Positions 17,822 through 27,002 of a stretch of DNA of 64,000 nucleotides are shown piece after piece. The position numbers and the translations under genes were made by a program. The notes below the pieces were generated by a model. The model was not told the DNA's origin, searched no databases, and was given only the letters and a program-made list of their open reading frames with translations. The DNA is from a virus (lineage: Duplodnaviria; Caudoviricetes), in the IMG/VR virus record IMGVR_UViG_2832142748_000002, positions 1 to 64,000 of that record. One strand, 5' to 3'. Positions within the stretch are counted from its first letter, which is position 1. Each line of letters opens with the position of its first letter.

Positions 17822-20800
17822 ATGAGAGAGCACATGCCCAGGCAAATTCTGACGTTGTGGCTCTGCGCCACCATGACACTCGGTGACCTCGCACAGGCCG
17901 CGCAGACACAACAGGCACAAGACGTTTCACCGAGGCTCCGCGGGCTGCTCGCAGCTCTCGATGATCCGAGCGGCCAAGTGGCGGCTGGAGCGCTGCGGTT
18001 GTTGATCAAGGAGAAGCGGGTTCCGGATGAACAGATCCCGCGTCTCGGCCGCATGCTCAAGGACCCCAATCCGCAAACCCGCCTTGACACAGCGCAGGCT
18101 TTGGGAGTCCTCGGCAAGGCCGCCAAGCAGCACGCCCCCCTCCTCACCGGCCTTCTCAGGGATCCAGACGTGTCCGTCCGCCAAGCTGCTGCGGAGGCCC
18201 TGGGAGCCATGGGTGAGGCCGCCAAGGATCAGGCTCCCCTCCTCGTCGACATGCTCAAGGACCCGGATGTGAACGTCCGAATTGCAGCAACGTTTGCGCT
18301 GAGAGAAATGGGCAAGGCCGCACAGGATCAAACCCTACGACTTACCGGCTTGCTGAAAGACCAGCACGGTGGTGTCCGCGCAGCAGCAGTGCAGGTGCTG
18401 GTAGCCATAGGCAAAGTTCCCAAGGAGGAGGCTCCGCACCTCGGCGACCTGCTCAAGGCCCCCAAGGAGAGCGTCCGCTATGCAGCAACGCAAGCGCTGG
18501 GCGCCCTGGGCGAGGCAGCCAAGGAGCAAGCTCCACTCCTCGTTGGCATGCTCAAGGATCCGGATAGTGGCGTCCGTGAGGCCGCAGTTCTAGCACTGGG
18601 TAACATGGGCGAGGCAGCCAAGGAGCAGGCTCCACTCCTCGTTGGCATGCTCAAGGACCCTAATGAGAATGTCAGTAGAGGAGCAGCAAAGGCTCTGGGC
18701 GCCATGGGCGAGGCAGCCAAGGAACAAGCCCCCCTCCTCGTTGACATGCTCAAGGATCCAGACTGGTCCATCCTCATCCCTGCTTTGCAGGCGCTGCAAG
18801 CCATGGGCAAGGCCGCCAGGGAACAGGTCCCGCGCATTAGCAACCTGCTCAAGGATCCGTCACCGTTCCGTCGAATTGTAGCAGCGGAATTGCTGGGACA
18901 CATGGGCGAGGCAGCCAAGGAGCAGGCTCCACTCCTCGTTGGCATGCTCAAGGACCCTAATGAGAATGTCAGTAAAGGAGCAGCAAAGGCTCTGGGCGCC
19001 CTGGGCGAGACAGCCAAGGAGCAGGCTCCATACCTCGCCGACATGCTCAAGGACCCTAATGAGAAAGTCCGCGATGCGGCAGTGCAAGCGCTGCAATACA
19101 TGGGCAAGGCCGCTAAGGATCAAGCTCCGCACCTTGTCGGCCTGCTCAAGGACCCCGAGAAGGACGTCCGCAAGGAAGCAGCGGCGGCACTGGGAGCCAT
19201 GGGCGAGGCAGCCAAGGAGCAGGCTCCATACCTCGCCGACATGCTCAAGGACCCCGATGAGAAAGTCCGCCTTGCAGCAGCGAAGGCGCTGAGCGACATG
19301 GGCGAGTTTGACAGGAAGTACGCGCCTCTAGCTCTGGAGCTTCTGGAGAACGAAACAGTTCAGTATGACTATGAAGCCAAGGGTCTCCTCATGACCATGG
19401 CCCCGCTCGAACTCCAGCACGTTGTCCTGCTCCTGGCGAAGGCAAGCGCGAATCCATGGGATCGCAACGACTGGCTGTTATGCGCTCACGTTACGGGCGG
19501 TGGTGAGCCACCGGTGGAGCGCGTCCTACGTTGGCTCCCAAGGCGGGCCTTCGCGGGACTCCCAACGGAGCTGACGCTCGAGGAGGCCCGGGAGACGATG
19601 CATGCGTTCGCCGTGGTCTGGCAACATTCCGGGAAGTACCCTGACCTGCGGGATGATCTAGCGGAGCAGATTGTACGAGTGGCCAGCCTTACCAAAGGCC
19701 AGTGGACGCTCACTGACGACAAGCTACTCGTGCAGCATCAGACAAACCTGAAGGCCTCCTACCCGGCGCATGCCGAGAGACTTCAGGCCATCAGGTCCTC
19801 TCTAGAGAGCTGGGGGAGAGTGAAGACCTTCGCGTGGACCTGGGTGGGGCACCTCTGCTTCTGGTTGCTCCTCCTGTTCGTCTACCCACGCTCGCCGCAA
19901 GTCCAGGCGGTTTTCTTCTGGAATCCGTGGGTGCGCACCATCACGGGCTTCGGGTATGTGGGCCTTCTGTTGACATGGGTGCCGATCCTGCGGCGCCGCC
20001 TCCTCGCGCCCTTTGCGAACCAGCTCCTGGCGGATGCAGATCTCGAGCGTTTCCCCAAGGAGAGTTACTTCCACGGCTCCCAGGTCTTCATCCCGTCCGC
20101 GGGCCGGAGCGTCCCCCTGCTCTCCGCCGTCCCCCAGCTGCGAGGCCAAGTGGTCTTGGAGGGAGCCTCGGGCCTGGGCAAGTCGCTGTTCATCCGGTAC
20201 CTGCTCCGCCACTCGAAGCAGCTCACGGTGTTTCTGCCCGCAGAGCGATGCCGGGAGGGTGTACTTGAGGCCATCCAGGCCAAGCTGGAGGGGCATGCGA
20301 AGGACACCGCCTTCCTGCAGAGCATCATTTACAGCGGCGCACTGGACATCTACATCGACGGACTCAACGAGGTGACGGCAGACACGCGTGCTCGCATCGT
20401 CCAGTTCGTCGAGCGCAACTTCCACGGCAACATCCTGCTTGCCACCCAGCGCATGGAGTGGACACCGCCCATCACGGCGCGCCTGTACGTGCTGCAGCCC
20501 CTCTCCGACGCCCAGGTGTCCGAGTTTCTGGCCAGCCGTGAGGTGCTGCTGGGTGAGAAGGCGCGGCTGCGTGGTCCAGAGTACCTCCAGTCATGTGAGC
20601 GATTCGTGCAGCGAGTCCTCGCCCCCGAGCAGCCCGAGGAGCTGCGCCTGTCGATGCGCGAGGTGCTCTCCAACCCGATGGACCTCACCGTCATCGCGCA
20701 GATGCTGGGCGAGGGGCACTCGCCGGATCTGTTCCGCCTGCGGCAGCAGCAATACGAGCTGATGGCCAGGGACTACCTGGAGGTCAACCTCGCAGAGTTC

Positions 20801-21295
20801 CCGCTGAATGGGTTCGCCGAGGAGTGCCACAGGATGCGGCTCGAGGATCGGCCGTCTCTGCCGGAGGAGCGCTTCGGTAAGGAGTTGCTGCGCCTGGAGT
20901 CCTTCAAGATCGTGGTGCGCCGGCAGTGGAAGGGGCCTGACGGGCGGGAGCACCGCGAGTGGCGTTTCCGCCATGACAAGCTTCAAGAATTCTTCATCGC
21001 CCAGGCACTCCTGGGGCAGGGCAACCCCCGCATTGCCCAGCACATGGACGATCCGCGCTTCCGGGGCGTCTACTTCCTGTTGGCGCTGCTGATGGATCCG
21101 GAGAGCGCGCATCAACTGCGAGATCGGCTGGTCGTTCACGCCGCCAGGACCCGCGACCACAGCGTGAGCGATGAGTTCGTCACCCTGCTGGAGGCGCGGC
21201 GCAAGTCCGAGCAGCTCCTGCATGCGCCGCCCCCGCGACCGCAGGATGACTCAGATCCCTCAAACAAGCACGGAGGAGGCGAGCGCGTGGCATGA
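17822..21295 (+). CDS. Signal peptide + HEAT-repeat array + 2 TM + NACHT/STAND NTPase
   Basis: About 14 x 33-aa HEAT repeats; TM segments; Walker A GASGLGKS; Walker B IYIDGLNE; WHD motif FRHDKLQEFFIA. Confidence 0.85.
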   Translation: MREHMPRQILTLWLCATMTLGDLAQAAQTQQAQDVSPRLRGLLAALDDPSGQVAAGALRLLIKEKRVPDEQIPRLGRMLKDPNPQTRLDTAQALGVLGKAAKQHAPLLTGLLRDPDVSVRQAAAEALGAMGEAAKDQAPLLVDMLKDPDVNVRIAATFALREMGKAAQDQTLRLTGLLKDQHGGVRAAAVQVLVAIGKVPKEEAPHLGDLLKAPKESVRYAATQALGALGEAAKEQAPLLVGMLKDPDSGVREAAVLALGNMGEAAKEQAPLLVGMLKDPNENVSRGAAKALGAMGEAAKEQAPLLVDMLKDPDWSILIPALQALQAMGKAAREQVPRISNLLKDPSPFRRIVAAELLGHMGEAAKEQAPLLVGMLKDPNENVSKGAAKALGALGETAKEQAPYLADMLKDPNEKVRDAAVQALQYMGKAAKDQAPHLVGLLKDPEKDVRKEAAAALGAMGEAAKEQAPYLADMLKDPDEKVRLAAAKALSDMGEFDRKYAPLALELLENETVQYDYEAKGLLMTMAPLELQHVVLLLAKASANPWDRNDWLLCAHVTGGGEPPVERVLRWLPRRAFAGLPTELTLEEARETMHAFAVVWQHSGKYPDLRDDLAEQIVRVASLTKGQWTLTDDKLLVQHQTNLKASYPAHAERLQAIRSSLESWGRVKTFAWTWVGHLCFWLLLLFVYPRSPQVQAVFFWNPWVRTITGFGYVGLLLTWVPILRRRLLAPFANQLLADADLERFPKESYFHGSQVFIPSAGRSVPLLSAVPQLRGQVVLEGASGLGKSLFIRYLLRHSKQLTVFLPAERCREGVLEAIQAKLEGHAKDTAFLQSIIYSGALDIYIDGLNEVTADTRARIVQFVERNFHGNILLATQRMEWTPPITARLYVLQPLSDAQVSEFLASREVLLGEKARLRGPEYLQSCERFVQRVLAPEQPEELRLSMREVLSNPMDLTVIAQMLGEGHSPDLFRLRQQQYELMARDYLEVNLAEFPLNGFAEECHRMRLEDRPSLPEERFGKELLRLESFKIVVRRQWKGPDGREHREWRFRHDKLQEFFIAQALLGQGNPRIAQHMDDPRFRGVYFLLALLMDPESAHQLRDRLVVHAARTRDHSVSDEFVTLLEARRKSEQLLHAPPPRPQDDSDPSNKHGGGERVA
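17930..19310 (+). repeat. Tandem 99-bp (33-aa) coding repeats
   Basis: Unit KEQAPLLVGMLKDPxxxVxxxAxxALGAMGEAA; 18604-18703 matches 18901-19000 at 99/100 nt. Confidence 0.9.
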
Positions 21296-21398
21296 GGCAG
21301 CGGCCAGGAAGGTGCGGATGAAGTAGAGGACACCGCGAGTGGACTGGGCAGAGTTTAACAGGAGGACATTTGCGGACACGCCCTGGTCCTCGTCCCGG

Positions 21399-21632
21399 AT
21401 GAAGTCTGCCGCGCTTGCATATTGGCCCAAGTTGGAGGGTCGACATGCAGGGGCCTGGAGTGAAGCTGAAGCAGGCGGAGAAGGAGGCGCTGGACGCGCT
21501 GATGTCTCGTACGGTGGCGTCTGCGACACCTGCTCCATCCCCGGGCGCAACAACCAGTGCGGCTCGCTGTGCAGCAACCCCGCGCAGTGCCAGTACTCCG
21601 CGTCCGGCAACTTCCACACCTGCGGATTCTGA
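21399..21632 (+). CDS. Small Cys-rich peptide (six Cys after a GG motif)
   Basis: ...VSYGG-VCDTCSIPGRNNQCGSLCSNPAQCQYSASGNFHTCGF*. Confidence 0.45.
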   Translation: MKSAALAYWPKLEGRHAGAWSEAEAGGEGGAGRADVSYGGVCDTCSIPGRNNQCGSLCSNPAQCQYSASGNFHTCGF

Positions 21633-21753
21633 CGCCCGCTCGTCTGTGGACGGCCGTCCCTGCCGCGAGATGGGACTGTAGGGCAAGCCCAGAGGGGAGA
21701 CGCAGGGCACGCGCGCTGCACACCTCCGGAGGGACACGCCTCACGGAGCCAGC

Positions 21754-22794
21754 ATGGACGCCATCTCACGCAGCCGCACCGCTCTCCTCCCCACCACCTA
21801 CCGCGAGCCCGCAGAGCAGCCCCAGCGCTCCACGCCGAAGCCCCGGGTCCTGGAGAGGTCAATCAACACCGTCGACGCATTCACGCCGCACACGCCCACC
21901 CACAAGGCGCTCGTAGACCAGGTCCGCCGCACGACGACGCCCACGGCCATCTCCATCCGCCCGCCTACCGAGGGTCTGACGAAGTCGGCGGAGAGCGAGC
22001 CGCGCGTCTCCGCCCAGGGCTTCTTCAGCTCCGTCGGCGACGCGCTGAAGGACTTCGGCGGGCGCGTGGTGGACGGAGTGGCTGGCATCGGCAAAGGCAT
22101 CTACGACAGCGTCAAGGGCACCCTGAAGAACACCTGGGAGATGGCGGAGACGTTCGGAAAGGGCATCGCCAACATCTTCACTGGCCGCTTCGCGGAGGGC
22201 TTCACCCAGCTCGGACTGAGCGTCCTCAAGGCCATCCAGACGCCGACGGACGGGCTCCTGCGCCTGGGAGGAAGCATCCTCAGCGCCATCCAGACGATGC
22301 TCTTCATCGAGCCCACGAGCCGCAAGCTGACGGGCGACGAGCTGGCGGCGCTGCACGAGGTGTACGGGGACTCCATCGACTACACGCGCATCGAGATCAA
22401 GGAAGGCAACGCGGGGCTTCTCACGGTGGGGGGACGACCCTTCACCCATGGGGACACCATCTACATTCCCAAGGACTCACTGCCCCTGCAGCCGGAACTG
22501 CTCGTGCACGAGGCGGCCCACGTGTGGCAGCACCAGCACGGGGGCAACGACTACATGTCCGAGGCCCTGGTGGCGCAGCTCTTCGGCGACGGCTACAACG
22601 TCGGCAAGGCCCTCCGGCAAGGCAAGTCCTGGGAGCAGATGAACCCGGAGCAGCAGGCGGAGTTCATTGAGTTGGCCTTCGGTCAGGGCTGCTTCGAGAC
22701 GCCGCCGGCGCCGTTCGAGCTCGGCGGCAAGGACTACACTCAACAGCTTGAGGCCGCGAAGAAGTCCCTCCGCGCCGGCCAGGGAGCACCGTGA
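21754..22794 (+). CDS. DUF4157-like HExxH zinc metallopeptidase / effector
   Basis: YGDSIDYTRIEI...PFTHGDTIY...LLVHEAAHVWQHQHGG...NPEQQAEFI. Confidence 0.75.
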   Translation: MDAISRSRTALLPTTYREPAEQPQRSTPKPRVLERSINTVDAFTPHTPTHKALVDQVRRTTTPTAISIRPPTEGLTKSAESEPRVSAQGFFSSVGDALKDFGGRVVDGVAGIGKGIYDSVKGTLKNTWEMAETFGKGIANIFTGRFAEGFTQLGLSVLKAIQTPTDGLLRLGGSILSAIQTMLFIEPTSRKLTGDELAALHEVYGDSIDYTRIEIKEGNAGLLTVGGRPFTHGDTIYIPKDSLPLQPELLVHEAAHVWQHQHGGNDYMSEALVAQLFGDGYNVGKALRQGKSWEQMNPEQQAEFIELAFGQGCFETPPAPFELGGKDYTQQLEAAKKSLRAGQGAP

Positions 22795-23204
22795 CCATGC
22801 GCCTCCACCGCGTCTTGCCGCGCGCGCTCGTCGTCCTCCAGGTGTTGCTCCTCACCGCCTGCCAACCGCCGCTGGAGGTGACGCTCGCCTCCGGCAACGA
22901 GCGCCTGCCCGGCCCCGTCTTCCTCGTCGACGAGCCGTCCCAGGACGGGGGGCCGCCGCGGTACGACGTCATCCGCGTGCTGTCCGCAGACGGGACGCAG
23001 GTGTGGCACGTCCGCGCCCTCTCCTTCGGTGGGACGCGCGGACGCCGCGTCGTCTACGGCGAGGTGCCGGAGGGCTTCGAGACGGTGCAGCCCCCACAGC
23101 CCTTGGAGAGCGGGCGTCTCTACAGCATCGGCGTCTCAGGGGAAGCGTCGGGCGCGCTGCGCTTCATCGTCGGACAGGACGGCGACGTCCGGCCGGAGAA
23201 GTAG
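22791..23204 (+). CDS. Lipoprotein (candidate immunity partner)
   Basis: Lipobox LLTA-C; GTGA overlap with the peptidase gene. Confidence 0.75.
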   Translation: MTMRLHRVLPRALVVLQVLLLTACQPPLEVTLASGNERLPGPVFLVDEPSQDGGPPRYDVIRVLSADGTQVWHVRALSFGGTRGRRVVYGEVPEGFETVQPPQPLESGRLYSIGVSGEASGALRFIVGQDGDVRPEK

Positions 23205-23443
23205 CCGCCCGCCGGACTGGAGCGCGGCACCGCGAATGCGGCGTTCGAGTAGGCAGATGATGAGAATGACCGCCGCCAAGGCCACTATAGGCGGGCCGGA
23301 GGTGCTTTTGCCATATCTGCGCAAGCATACCGTCACATTGCCAAGCTTGACAGAGGGCAAGATATTGGGCTTTGCCGGCTTGTCCTTACTTTTCCGCCTG
23401 TGCTATAGTTGAACTACAACCCATTGCCCTTCCTAATCTTCCT

Positions 23444-24154
23444 ATGAAATCATCAAGCGCACTTCTTGTTCCTTTAGCCGCCTTCTTGATCCTCGCCGGC
23501 TGCGGCGGCACTCAAGATGAGGCGTTCAATACACTGGAAGACCAACTAAATGCTCTGATTGCACATGAAGAAGGAAGCTCCAGCGGGGAAGCTTGGTCGC
23601 AGCGTATCACTCAAGATGCTTTGACAATCTCGCTTTCATCAGACAGCGATCCACAATCGGTCGAAAGGAAGTTCGAATTAACGATTAAGGACAACAAGAG
23701 CATCCCAATCGAGGAGGAACTTGGGCATACCGAGATTTTGCCCTCATCGGATCTTAGCCTTCTGGTTCTTCATTCCAGTGCCAGCAATGGCATTTACATC
23801 TTCAGCCTTGGAACCGACCAGAATCGCAAGGCAATTGAGCTTTTGAAGAACGATCCGATCCTCAAGACCGCCATCAAGGCTGACGTGCTTTGCGATGGGA
23901 TAGCACTATCTTCCGGTTCCTGGAGGCGAGATGCTCTTCATCCAAAAGATGAAGTTTCGGCCTTTTATGCCCAGCCTGATAGTGGCGGTGGCGGTGGCGG
24001 TGGCACGGCACCTTCCTGCACCTCAGGAGGCGCAGGCTCTTCAAGCTGCTCCATCTCGGAGGCTTATAACATGGGCTGCAGCGTTACCTGTAACGCCGGC
24101 TATTACGCCTGCTGCATGTCGAGCAACACTACATGCAAGTGCTTCAAGGGGTAA
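23444..24154 (+). CDS. Lower-GC lipoprotein with a C-terminal Cys-rich domain
   Basis: Lipobox ILAG-C; poly-Gly linker then SCTSGGAGSSSCS...CSVTCNAGYYACC...CKC. Confidence 0.7.
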   Translation: MKSSSALLVPLAAFLILAGCGGTQDEAFNTLEDQLNALIAHEEGSSSGEAWSQRITQDALTISLSSDSDPQSVERKFELTIKDNKSIPIEEELGHTEILPSSDLSLLVLHSSASNGIYIFSLGTDQNRKAIELLKNDPILKTAIKADVLCDGIALSSGSWRRDALHPKDEVSAFYAQPDSGGGGGGGTAPSCTSGGAGSSSCSISEAYNMGCSVTCNAGYYACCMSSNTTCKCFKG

Positions 24155-24369
24155 GTCCTTCCTCTACATCGTTGCCTCCAAGTCCTTTCTCGTGGACAAG
24201 ATCAACGACCCCTCAATTCTGAGAACTGCAAGGTTCGCCACCACGAGAACCCTGTGTCGGGGGATTCCCTAGATTGTTGGACTGCGCGCGCGGCGTTACT
24301 CGTCGTCCAAACTCGGGCGGGAGGAGGCGCAATGATCCGCTTGGGGTTGTAGCGCCCCTTCGGTGAGGC

Positions 24370-24568
24370 ATGGCCTCCCTCTTCCGCCGTGCCCTCACGG
24401 CCTTGGGCTTCCTGCCCAGCCGCCAAGGGCCCCCTCGTCCACGGCCTGCCCATCTTCTCGTTCTCGCCCCGGCGCGGCAGCCGAGAGGTGCTCGTTGCGT
24501 ACCGGGAGAACGAGGGGCTGCACGTCGTGGTGGACCAGGACGGCAGCGTGCGACCGGAGAAGGAGTAG
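24370..24568 (+). pseudogene. Frameshifted small ORF ending ...VVVDQDGSVRPEKE
   Basis: One frameshift in a C run near 24430 joins MASLFRRAL... to LVHGLPIFSFSPRRG...; its 3' end resembles that of 22791-23204. Confidence 0.4.
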
Positions 24569-24660
24569 CGCGCCTGGGTCGGTCCGCGCGTCCTACCCAA
24601 CAGGATGCACTCGCGGCCGTGACTTAACTTTCTCGTTTTGCCGTGCTGGCATGTTGAGCC

Positions 24661-25302
24661 ATGTCAGCCGCTTTCGTCCTCCGCAGCGCCGTGAGCGCCG
24701 CCGCGATCCTCGCCCTCGCCGGGTGCGGGTCGGCTACCGTCGGTGGGGGTGGTAGTTCTGCGCGTGCGAAGTGGGTCGGCTCGGTCGTCAGGACGCCGGA
24801 CGGCGGGCAGCTGCGCACGACCATCTACTACGGGCCCTGGCAGTGCAGCGCCGCGTTCCTGTCCCGCTGCGAGTCGAAGTGCGCGGCGCAGGGCTACCCT
24901 CTCATGGGCTGCATGTGGCTGGCCGACATCAAGGGGGACTGGCAGGGGCGCTACCTCTTCATGCCCGCGGAGGCCGGTGGCCGCCTCGCCATCACCCACT
25001 GCTGTTGCGATTACCCGACCGTGTCGAACGGCCGCCAGTTGCGGGAGAAGTGGAAAAACGCCCGTGAAGGCTTTCGTCGCCAGTGGGGCTCTGAGTTCGG
25101 AGAGTGGCCGTCAACGAACGGGGCCAACTGGCAGGGCCACCACATCTTCGATTTGGCGCACGGCGGTCCGCCGGTGGCGCCCGACAACGTGCTTCCGGTG
25201 CCGCAGGACGTCCACCAAGTCTTCAACGACGAATACCCCGCCTGCTACGCCCCTGGCGGCAAATGGCTCACGCCAGGTCCCGCGCGGCCGTACGTGGACT
25301 GA
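24661..25302 (+). CDS. SitA-like lipoprotein toxin with HNH-type nuclease (copy 2)
   Basis: Lipobox ILALAG-C; paralogue of 3900-4544. Confidence 0.8.
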   Translation: MSAAFVLRSAVSAAAILALAGCGSATVGGGGSSARAKWVGSVVRTPDGGQLRTTIYYGPWQCSAAFLSRCESKCAAQGYPLMGCMWLADIKGDWQGRYLFMPAEAGGRLAITHCCCDYPTVSNGRQLREKWKNAREGFRRQWGSEFGEWPSTNGANWQGHHIFDLAHGGPPVAPDNVLPVPQDVHQVFNDEYPACYAPGGKWLTPGPARPYVD

Positions 25303-25311
25303 GGAGCCACC

Positions 25312-25770
25312 ATGTCCATGGAAAGCCTGCTGGCCGAAGTCTCCCGACTCCACTTCCCTCGCCCTCCTGCCACGCTCGCGCAGGTCGCCGCCTTCGAGGC
25401 ACGCGTGGGGTGGAGGCTTGATGAGGACCTGCGCGCCTTCTACCTGCACTGCGATGGATGTGATCTCTTCGTTTCCTCGCCGGACACCCGCTTCCGCGTG
25501 CTGCCGCTGGAGCAAATCATGCGGGCGCGCATCGCCGTCCGCGGCAACGACAGGGACGAAGCCGGAGCGGCATCCCTCTACACGCTCGTGGACATGCAGG
25601 ACTCCGACTACGTCGTCCTGGACGTGGCACGGAGTGAGTCCGGCCGCTACTCCCTCTTCGACGCGTGGCACGAGACGTTCCCCGAACTGGTGCCTGTTGC
25701 ATCGTCCTTCAGCGAGTTCCTGGAGAAGGCGCTTCGCAGCAGCAACAGCGCCTTCTGGCTGGACGGATGA
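25312..25770 (+). CDS. SMI1/KNR4 immunity protein (copy 2)
   Basis: PATLAQVAAFEARVGWRLDEDLRAFYLHCDG; paralogue of 4555-5031. Confidence 0.9.
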   Translation: MSMESLLAEVSRLHFPRPPATLAQVAAFEARVGWRLDEDLRAFYLHCDGCDLFVSSPDTRFRVLPLEQIMRARIAVRGNDRDEAGAASLYTLVDMQDSDYVVLDVARSESGRYSLFDAWHETFPELVPVASSFSEFLEKALRSSNSAFWLDG

Positions 25771-25788
25771 GCCCGCCGGAGGGCTGAG

Positions 25789-25833
25789 CGGTTCCGGTTT
25801 CTCGCCCTAATTTGAGAGGGAAAACCGGAACCG
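25789..25833. terminator. Hairpin between convergent units
   Basis: 12-bp inverted repeat cggttccggttt/aaaccggaaccg. Confidence 0.55.
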
Positions 25834-25844
25834 GGTGCGACTCA

Positions 25845-27002
25845 TTCACGCCTCGGGTAATCCGGTCGTCGTCCAAAGCGAGCCGAAGAGCTTGAGGACG
25901 ACGTGAGGCCGTGTCCGGAAGTAGCCCAGGCCCGAGCGCAGCGCCTGTTGCAACTCGGTCATCTCGTCGAAGAGAAGGTTGTGCGTGGCCCGCTGGCGCA
26001 GGGGCCGCCACAGCCGTTCAATGGGTTGAAGCTGAGGGCTGTAGGGCGGCAGCCGGTACAGGGAGAGGTGCGGGAAGCGGCGCAAGGCCCAATCCACGGG
26101 GCGCCCGCGGTGCCAGGGCGCGTTGTCGATGATGAGGACGACTTGCCGCCACGCCGTGGCGGGATAGGCGCGGGCGACGTCGAGCAGGTGGTGGGCGAAA
26201 GCCACCTGCATGCGCTTTGTCTTGGAGAGTCCATCCTTGCGACGCGCTCGGGTGCGGCTGCCGTACAGCCTGCTCGTCACCGCGCCCGTCGTGAGGTTGG
26301 CGGAAGCGAAGGTGTGCACCACGTCCTTACAGTCGCGGGTGCCAATGACGGGGCGGCATCCCTTCACGCCCAGCGTCGCCGTCAGCGTCGGCACCATGGG
26401 AAATCTCGCTTCGTCCTGGCTCAAGAGGGCGATGTCACCTGCTTGCGCCTGGCGTTTTTTTCACTCAATTCCTGCCGCGCCTGCTGCTGGCGTGAAGCGT
26501 CCGCGCGAAGGAAGCGATAGGTGGGCCGGTACAGACGCACGCCATGGCGACGGCAGAAGTCCCCCATGGCCGTCTCCCGCGCCCGAATCCCCGTCTGGCG
26601 GTAGAGGAAGTCCGCCAGCGCCTCATGCGTCCAATTCGCCCGCTTGACGCCGCAGGCCCTTGGCCCCCGCTGGACCCAGCCCAGAATCACTGGCGCCAGC
26701 CCCTCGGGAATCAACGGCGTGCGGCCCGGTGCCCACTGAATCCTCAACCCGCTCAAGCCTCCCGCTCGATAGCGGGCGAGGAAGCGCTGGACGTTGCGTG
26801 GCGTCGTCCCCAGGTCCTCGGCAATCTGCTGCTGGGAGCGCCCTCGGGACGTCATCAGCACCGCCTGGCACCTCTCACGCAGACGTCGGTCCTCCGTCGT
26901 GCGGAAGCAGGATTCCAGCTCGCTCCGCTGCTCCTCGCTCAGCGCCAGTCCGCTCATGCTCCTTCAACCCGGCTGACACGACGGATTCTTCCGGGCCGTG
27001 AA
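25845..27002 (-). mobile_element. IS630-family element; transposase split by an A7 -1 frameshift site
   Basis: HTH ORF 26421-26957 and DDE ORF 25846-26424 (SQDEARF, IIDNAPWH, LPPYSPQLQPIERLW); slip site at 26455-26461; imperfect terminal IRs ttcacg...cgtgaa; TCA repeated on both flanks. Confidence 0.9.

Noticed and set aside
17930-19310. CRISPR array
   Set aside because: The repeats are in-frame 99-bp coding units without spacers. No CRISPR array or cas gene was seen anywhere in the window.
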